A stretch of 15,168 nt of DNA from Azolla caroliniana. Its lineage: Eukaryota; Plantae; Polypodiophyta. The stretch is from contig JBHGNT010000813.1 in the NCBI GenBank assembly GCA_043228905.1, positions 1-15,168 of the forward strand, in the 5' to 3' direction. This document shows positions 7,525 through 15,168 of this stretch, piece by piece. Both the position numbers and the translations under genes were made by a program. The notes beneath the pieces were generated by a model. It was not told the origin of the DNA and did not search any database. It was given only the letters and a program-made list of their open reading frames with translations. Every line of letters begins with the position of its first letter. The stretch's first letter is position 1.

Positions 7525-9863
7525 AGTATCGCCCAACTAGTGGAATGATGATTTCCTTACATGGAAATCCATGTCTAGAAAAGAGTGGGAGTAAAAATAA
7601 CAGGGAAGGTTATGTTTTAGTTCAATTGCTCAAGACTTGTGGGACGAAAAAAAATCTCTTTAAAGGATCACGACTTCATGTGGAAATCTTGAGAAAGGGT
7701 TTACTTGAAAAATGTCCTTATTTAGCTAGCTCTTTAATAAGTATGTATGCAAAATGTGGTGCATTAACAAAAGCAAAGAAATTGCTCGAACAATTTCGTG
7801 TTCGAGATATCATATCTTGGAATGCATTGATAAGTGGGTTTGTGAAACAAAGGAGAAATTCTGAAGCAATACTTTGCTTTAATCAGATGCAAGAAGAGGG
7901 TTTTTCTCCTGACATGATTACTTTCACTTGCATCTTGAAAGCATGCGGTAGCTTAGGGGACGTTGATAAGGGCAAAAGTATTCATGATGATATTATCAGT
8001 AGAGGTTTTCTTGAGAAAGATACCATACTTGGTACTTCGTTGGTGGATATGTATGCTAAGTGTGGTATGCTAAGAAAAGCACAAAATTTATTTGAAGAAC
8101 TTCATGTTCGAAATGTGGTATCTTGGAATGTAGTCATGGAGGGATGTGTCCAACATGGCCAATTTCATGAAATACTTGATTATGCTGAACAAATGCAAAA
8201 TGAGGGCCTCTCTCCAGATGCTGTCACATTTACTTGCATTTTAAAAGTATGTGGAAACATACGAGATTTCAACAAGGGTAAGCAAATCCATGAAGAGATA
8301 ATCAATAGGGGTCTACTAGAGAAAGATATTGTGCTTGGAAATGCGTTGGTTGATATGTATAGCAAATGTGGTATGCTTCCGAATGCACGAAAGGCTCTTG
8401 AAAATCTTCATATTCGAAATGTAGTTTCTTGGAATGCATTAATTGGAGGATATATTGGACAGGGTCAAGGTCACGAGGCACTTGATTGCCTTAAGCAAAT
8501 GCAAGCCGAGGGAACCTCTCCGGATGAAATCACTTTCATTTACATCTTGAAGGCTTGTGCCAGCATAGGAGATCTTGAAAAAGGAAAAACTATCCACGAT
8601 GAGATTGTTAATAAAAGATTACTGAAGAAAAGTATCCTGCTTGGCACCACTTTGGTGGATATGTATGCAAAATGCGGTCTTCTGGCAAAAGCAAAACAAA
8701 TACTTGAGGAACTTTCAGATCGTAATGTAGTTTCATGGAATGCATTGATCACAAGCTATGTGCAACAAGGGCAAAACTATGAAGCACTTAGGTGTTTTGA
8801 ATGGATGCAAAATGAGGGGATTGTTGCTGATGAGTTCACCTTTTCTTGTATCTTAAAGGCATGTGGAAATGTAGGAGACACTCGGAAGGGGAAAAAGATT
8901 CATGATGAAATTGTGAGGAGGGGATGGCAAGAGGGAAATATTGTGCTTGGAACTGCTCTGGTTGAAATGTATGCCAAATGTGGAATGATTGCAAAAGCCG
9001 AGGATATTCTTCGAGAATTTTGTGTAAGAGACAAAGTCTCTTGGTGTGCACTAATTTCGGGTTATGCTCAACAAGGAAAAGGCCATGATGCTTTGAATTG
9101 TTATGAACAGATGCAGCGTGAAGGCCTCACCCCAGATGATGTCATCCTCACTTGTATCTTGAAAGCATGTGGTAATATAGGGGCTATAGATAAAGGCAAA
9201 CAAATCCACAATGAGATTATCAATAGAGGTTTGCTCAAGAACAATATTGTGCTTGGAACTTCCTTAATTGATATGTATGCAAAATGTGGTATGCTTACAA
9301 AAGCTCAAAAGGTGCTTGAAGAGCTTCCAAATCGAAATGAAGTTTCTTGGTCTGCCCTCATTGCAGGATATGCTCAGCATGGCGAAGGTCATGATGCCAT
9401 CTTATGTTTTGAAAGAATGCAAAATGAGGGTCTCCCTCCAGATGATGTCACTTTCTTATCTCTATTGAATGGATGTTGTCATATGGGTCTACTATATGAG
9501 GCCCAAATGTATTTTGAGTACATGAGTAGCAGATATGGCATCTCGCCAAAAATTGAGCACCACACTTCCCTAGCTATTGTTTTTGGATCTTCGGGGCACT
9601 TTGAAATGGCTATGGATTTGATTAATAGGATGCCATTCTCAGACAATCTTACCATTTGGATCACACTATTAGGTGCTTGCAGGAAATGGAGGAATATTAG
9701 ATTTGCAAGATTAACTTTTGATCGTGTAATACAACTAGATATTACTTGTGCTCCAGCTTATGTTCTTATGGCTGATATTTATGCCACTGCCGGTATGGAA
9801 GAGGATGCTGAAAAAATTGTAGCCATGAGAATGAAACATCGTATGCAAGAAAATGGGGATTAG
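7525..9863 (+). CDS. PLS-class pentatricopeptide repeat protein, E subgroup (L-S-(P-L-S)x5-P2-L2-S2-E1-E2, no DYW domain); likely organellar RNA-editing specificity factor
   Basis: Open frame 7512-9863 with motifs VSWNALI..Y, TFTCILKAC..G..IH and LVDMYAKCG repeating every 102 aa (306 nt). These are followed by P2/L2/S2 and E1 (WITLLGACRKW) and E2 (AYVLMADIYATAG). The track start at 7512 is TTG. The real start is either ATG 7545 or, more likely, an upstream exon spliced to the acceptor TGCTGCAG at 7524. Confidence 0.95.
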
Positions 9864-12281
9864 TATATTTTGATAGCAAGTGAGATGTTTGAATGAATGT
9901 ACACATACAAGGTGGTTATGTCATTCATGTTTACCATATATATGATCTGAACACCACCACTATAGCTAATTGTCTGATACAGCCAAGGAACGTACAAAAG
10001 CTAGGGCTACTCTATTTCGCGCACAAGGCATGCTCTGTAAGAGTCTTTGGAAGTAGTGAGTCTACATCTACTTTTATGGTGATCTTGCATTGATGGAAAA
10101 TAGGGTGTAATGAGAGATTGTGTTGCAAACAAAAGGGGTGTGGCTTGTGTGAATGCCATTTACACACTCCTCAATTGCCATTGGGTCAATATTTTTATTT
10201 TTGCCTGGGTTGAAGGTCTACGGAATTCAGGTTTCTCTTTAAAAGGTTGTATGTCACAAAGCCCCCAATAAGTCTTGGAAGTAACGCAACTAAGACAAAA
10301 TTACTAAGGGCATCAAGATCCAAAAGTGATAATACAACGAGGTAAACATTCAGGAACTGATTTATGAATCAAGTTAAGCATGGAAGCTTTTGAATTCCTT
10401 CTAGTTAAGGTGATTGATGAGGATCAATGATATTATATCATCCTTTGGGGGGACAAAACAATCTATGAGCTGAGTCACTGACAAATGCAAGTTTGAATGC
10501 ACTCTATTGTTTTTCCTTATTCTCATCTAAGATGTGGAGCATGTTTTTAGCTAAATGGTCTCTACTTCTAGAGAACTAATCTTTGGTAGGAAATGTCTCC
10601 ATCATTTGAAACTAGATTCTTGACTTAAACTAGAGGCATGCCCTCTAGAACCCTTAATGCCCAAACTCTTCCGACCAAGAGTTTTGGCTAGTGCTATCAT
10701 CATATGGGTGAAATTTTGGACAAGACGTAATTCTAAGATTTCGGATGCCAATATTTACATCAGGATGGGCGGCTGATGTAGTGCACACCAAAAAATTGAC
10801 TTTTCGTCAATGATTTAAGCACCACCCACTCACTATGTTGGTGCTCATTACCATATGAGTGATGTTCATTGCCAAATTGATGTTTTGAATGTAACAATCG
10901 ATGAATGATGGGAGTACTTTGGAGATGGGCAGAAGTTACTTCAATGTGAGTGAAGTTGTTGACTTTTCTATGTTTGTGTCTTGGGTTCAAGGTTAGCCAG
11001 ATTAGCAAATTTGGGAATTCATAAATGGAGGAATGTCTTTTGCATCTTAGCAAAGTTGCGTCGAATCCTAAGATCGAGCAACTCTTTCACAATTCATACA
11101 ACACAATTGTTTATGGCTTTGTAGATACCACCTTGTGAAAAGAACCCCAAAGAAGTGGTGTTGTCACCATTTCTTGCATCAAAAAATACAAATTGTACGG
11201 TACTTTTAGGAATGTCAAAGTTTTTATCGATGGATCTCCTAGAGAGGATGATGAATTAGATTGGAGTGAGCATGATCGGAATCAATTGACCAAATTAAAG
11301 TAAAAGAAAGGTGAATAGATTGGATAGATGAACTTGTTCCTCCCAACCACCCTTGAGCTATGATCAAGACATAGCCAACCTACCATTAACGTCCTATACT
11401 GACAGATATTAGGATGTCTACTACCTTAGAATAGGTAACACAATCGTCGCAACAAAAGCCTAGCCCCGCTATTGATGTAATATGTTTTATAAGGGTAGCT
11501 AGGCCTCATATTTATACTTCTTTCTTGGCCCCTTGAATAGGTACGCTTTCCTAAAAGACTATTTTTCATGGGTTGTCAAGATCATGATAGTGCATGCACA
11601 TATCATTCCTTCTATTCATAATCCAATCTCATTGTGAAGATACCCTTCACTAATGTTTTGTAAATATTAGTGACCTACCCTTACTCACATTATGTGTACA
11701 TACCAATAGGCATGATAATTTAAACACGAGGGTTCGTATTTGTGATACGAATCACAGAAAAAAAAAACTTTCAGCAACACAAATGTGAAAAGTAAACATG
11801 TAAGACTTACATGCAGAGCATTCTTATTTGCTAATGAATAAGTTGTTTTTAAAAATTAAATAGCAAGCGAGTGAAAGAAATTTTAACAAACATAAAAAAT
11901 TAATAATACGATATAATAATGATCAATCAACATAGGAATGTCATGCACTTGTACGAGTGCATGTAATTTTGGCAACCTAATTTAACCTAAAGTGCAAGTA
12001 ACACACAAGAATATTGTTTTCTGCATACAAATTTACAATATCTAAAAGCATGAATGTTTGTTTGTGTGTGTGAGTGCATGTTTTATTATTCTATTTGGAC
12101 TCATTTTTCTTGTATTTTCCGACATTTTTGCTTATAACTCATTAAAAATGTTGGATACAATCTTTCTTTTCTTCTTTTTTGGGGAGGATGGAGTAATTAA
12201 ATATATGATATTTTCCAAAAAAAACATAGCATGTGGCGCTTATGAAAGATATGCATCATTCCAATTAACACCACCACGATA

Positions 12282-12282
<1 letters not shown>

Positions 12283-12337
<55 letters not shown>
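12283..12337. repeat. Compound microsatellite (TG)19(AG)8
   Basis: Read directly. Confidence 0.97.
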
Positions 12338-13901
12338 CCCATAGATCCGGCTTGGGGAGTTGAAGGTTTTGACCCATTCGTTCCAGGAGGAATAGCTTCG
12401 CACCACATAGCTGAGAGACAAATGAGTTCTTGTCTAATAGTTTTCATGTAGTACCACTATTGGTAAGGAAGATTAATTTGGCAGTTTTCACAACTAAGTT
12501 GTGCAGGCAAATTGTCCTCAGAGGTGAGTTGCCTTTATGTCAAGTTGTCTCACAACACCTTGGGGAATTTACCTTGCCATAGGATCCTTACTATTGTAAT
12601 AAGAACATCATGGGGTTTTTGTTTGTCATGTTGTTGAAATACAAACACTACTTTTACAAGAGATGTTAAGATTCGATGTTGATTGTCAAAAGAAAACCCT
12701 TTGGTTACGTATTCAGCATTCAAGGAATGAATCCAACATTGGGAAATTACACAAAAGAAAGATATAGTCCTAGAATACAAGAAAAGTTTGAAACTTACAT
12801 CGTGGGTGGGTGGGCAATAAAATTGAGAAAGGATCATTCTAAGGGTTATCTAATATCATCTGTCGCTTTTTAATTTAGCGTTTGTGAGAACATCGCTCAA
12901 AATATTAAACTCATGTGTGTATTCAATTATAAATAGTGGCAAGATGCAAGAAAGTTTGTAGGAATTTTCTAGTAAACCCCCATTAACTTGAGTTACATGG
13001 TCATATTTTCCCAAGGGAAGTGAGCGAATTAGTAATGAAATTTATTTCACGAAAATCATTGCATTTTCTCAAGATTTCATATTATTTCATCCCCAAGAAG
13101 GGAACTTCATCAAATAGGAAAGAAAATTTGAATGAACATTGGTCTTAATCACTAGCATACATGTGCTTACTGGCGGCACTCAATGACAACACAAACAAAC
13201 AAAATGTTGGCTAAGAAAGTAAGGGCAAAAAGCAACTAGAAGTTCAACATACACAACCATACATGTTGTGTTATTGTGAAAAGGAAGTTCTAACCATGTG
13301 ACTTGTATAATGGAGAGACACTTGGTATAATATGTAGGACAGCCATGATTGATGAACAAAAAGAAAGAGTAAGCCATGGCTATGATCACGTGAGAGGAAG
13401 AAGCGAAATTCGTGAGATAGAGTGAAGGAAAAACACTATACATTATATAGTGAACCATTTTTCCTTGGAAAAAGAATGTGATGACTAATTCAACCTTCAC
13501 AAAAGACATGAATGGGATTTGATCAACTAACTGTGTTGATGATTATGAGAATTGAAAAAGCACCAATTCATTACCTCATTTGTCCCTTTTTGTCTTGTTT
13601 TTACCTTTATATTGGAGGCTAGCTATATACAATGTGTGAAGTGTTATTTGCACTCAAAGTTGAAAGATTTGTATATACATGTGTCCAAAGAAGAATATCG
13701 CAGTCCAATTGACCCAAAAGTTGTGGGATGTGGACAATTGCAACGACAACTCAAAGTTAAGTAAAAAGACAGAAAAGGGGAGAGTTTCATGTGATTTACC
13801 AATTCCATTTTTGCCTCGTCAAGGTTGCGTCAAATGTATGGACAAAGAAGAACAGAGCGAAAAGCAATATTGATCAGTTTTTTTTATGTTTTCCCATGTG
13901 T

Positions 13902-13997
13902 AAAAGAGCCCACTTTCCCTTTACATTCCCTATGGTTTGAATCAACCTCATTCAGAGGCAATCCCCATTTGCCAAAAAGAGCTCACTTTCCCTTACA
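13902..13997. repeat. Short direct repeat, 73 bp offset
   Basis: AAAAGAGCCCACTTTCCCTTTACA at 13902 versus AAAAGAGCTCACTTTCCCTTACA at 13975. Confidence 0.75.
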
Positions 13998-14188
13998 AAT
14001 CCTTGCAATGTGAAAGAATACGATGTTTTGCACAAGAAAAAACCTCAACATGCCTAGCTAAGAATACCATGTTTTCTTTCATCGATCCTTATATATCATG
14101 AGGAGAATTCATCTTCTCATTGATACTTTGGAGAATGGAGATGGTACTGATCAAGATTAGACAAGAGCCAAATGGATGTGTATACATG

Positions 14189-14230
14189 CATACATGCATA
14201 CCCACACATCATACATGCATACCCACACAT
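14189..14230. repeat. Perfect 21-bp tandem duplication
   Basis: CATACATGCATACCCACACAT at 14189-14209 and at 14210-14230. Confidence 0.92.
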
Positions 14231-14448
14231 CTCGCTAGAATATTCGGACATCTTCATGTGCGAGAGAAAGCCCCAGTTCGCTCGTATTTTGCCGACACGC
14301 ATTATGGAGCTTTTTTTTGTGTGTGGGGGCGATGAGGAACCACATCGTAGGTAGTAAGGTTAAGTAGGGTATCGGGTTTTTCCCACACGCATGCGGGACA
14401 CAGAAAGGGCTCTTGCAAGTACGAGAGTGTGCCGGAGCAATGGTCATC

Positions 14449-14560
14449 TCTGGCTTTCTTTCTTTTCCGACACAAGCCATGCATTTCCTCTTCCTCTCCG
14501 ATGATGCCCCCTCCTTACAGGTCGGAGAGGAGAGAAAGTCGGAAAAGAAAGAAAGCCGGA
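14449..14560. repeat. Inverted repeat / fold-back hairpin with a 20-bp perfect outer stem and a 10-bp perfect inner stem
   Basis: GGCTTTCTTTCTTTTCCGAC (14452-14471) is the exact reverse complement of GTCGGAAAAGAAAGAAAGCC (14538-14557). TCCTCTCCGA (14492-14501) pairs with TCGGAGAGGA (14522-14531). Confidence 0.9.
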
Positions 14561-14720
14561 AAAGGGGGTTTCTACGGATGTAGTGTATTCGAAGAAATAG
14601 GAAGCGTGGGTCCGCGATAGATGTCTATGAGTGTGAGTGTGATTGTGTGTGAGTGTGGAGCCAAAGAAACACATGAATCCATCTATGTTGGTGTTGCTTG
14701 CACTCCTACCAATTATTATG

Positions 14721-14738
14721 ACTACTACTACTACTACT
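14721..14738. repeat. (ACT)6 microsatellite
   Basis: Read directly. Confidence 0.85.
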
Positions 14739-15074
14739 AACTTTAGCTGCCACTAGCTAGCTATAACTATAGCACCTGCCACTACTAAAAAAGCAAAAAA
14801 CCTAAGCCCTGTTTTTAGTTGTATGTATTTGTATACCCCCCCTTTCCTCTGCTTCTAAGAAGCAAACCATGGTGACTTACTTGCTAGCTCCACATTTTCT
14901 TCTCTCTTCTGTAAACATTTAACAACCCTCCCTTGTTGAAGAAGAGATGATGAATGTGGCATCCATGTGTATGGGCTTCCATTGGATCGGATAAGGTGTG
15001 TGATCCACGTTGTTGCAATCTTCCTTTGAAATCTCACATGAACAACTCGTAATCACTCTTATCATGTTCTTTTT

Positions 15075-15090
15075 ATGCATGCATGCATGC

Positions 15091-15123
<33 letters not shown>

Positions 15124-15140
15124 TGTATGTATGTATGTAT
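15075..15140. repeat. Compound microsatellite (ATGC)4 followed by (TATG)11
   Basis: Read directly. Confidence 0.95.
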
Positions 15141-15168
15141 AATGCAATCCTCCTTTGAAATCTCAGGT

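Noticed and set aside
8180-9664. Short antisense and alternate-frame ORFs inside the PPR gene
   Set aside because: Shadow ORFs of a repetitive coding sequence with no independent support.
9893-10215. ORF 9893..10093 and downstream LCECH as a decayed DYW domain
   Set aside because: No HxE(K/R)LA motif, CECH lacks the CxxCH spacing, and there is no KNLR or terminal DYW-like triplet.
10250-11330. Possible decayed transposon or pseudogene, including ORF 10760..11053
   Set aside because: Composition looks slightly coding-like, but I could not recognise RT, integrase, transposase or other motifs in the frames I read. A TBLASTX or RepeatMasker search is needed.
12058-12447. ORFs overlapping (TG)19(AG)8
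   Set aside because: THTH and LSLS runs are microsatellite artefacts.
12550-14013. Several 60-109 aa ORFs
   Set aside because: Short, overlapping on both strands, several with non-ATG starts, no recognisable domain and no coherent exon chain.
14338-14347. AACCACATCG resembling the plant snRNA upstream sequence element (RTCCCACATCG)
   Set aside because: No TATA box at the expected 24-35 bp spacing and no recognisable snRNA, 7SL or telomerase RNA template downstream.
14117-14674. Stack of overlapping ORFs in the GC-rich island
   Set aside because: Explained by higher GC, the 21-bp duplication and the inverted repeat; no homology recognised.
14673-14756. 27-aa micro-ORF MNPSMLVLLALLPIIMTTTTTTNFSCH with a signal-peptide-like stretch
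   Set aside because: Too short, partly made of the (ACT)6 repeat, and no mature peptide motif.
14855-15037. Minus-strand 60-aa ORF as the last exon of an off-window gene
   Set aside because: No convincing splice acceptor on the minus strand and no recognisable domain.

Overview
AT-rich, intron-containing land-plant nuclear DNA, probably a fern (inferred from the PPR motif type and abundant TATG/CATG microsatellites). There are two + strand genes. (1) A complete 8-exon Tic22-family plastid protein-import gene (CDS 431-4764, 322 aa, seven GT-AG introns, all phase 0). The ORF track shows only its first exon. (2) A PLS-class pentatricopeptide repeat gene (main exon about 7525-9863) with 20 PPR motifs plus E1 and E2. 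It has no DYW domain and shows a probable frameshifted PG-box remnant at the stop. The PPR exon has no obvious targeting peptide. A chain of well-formed splice signals lies between the two genes (donors 4712 and 4770, exon 5702-5749, exon 7338-7370, acceptor 7524). These could give a spliced Tic22-PPR read-through transcript or an in-frame fusion, which is the most interesting hypothesis here but is unproven. Other structure: a decayed ~170 bp tandem repeat filling Tic22 intron 1, a MITE-like inverted repeat in intron 4, and a CpG-rich island at about 14.2-14.6 kb with a 20 bp perfect hairpin and clustered TGTCNN motifs. I could not recognise any gene in 9.9-15.1 kb.
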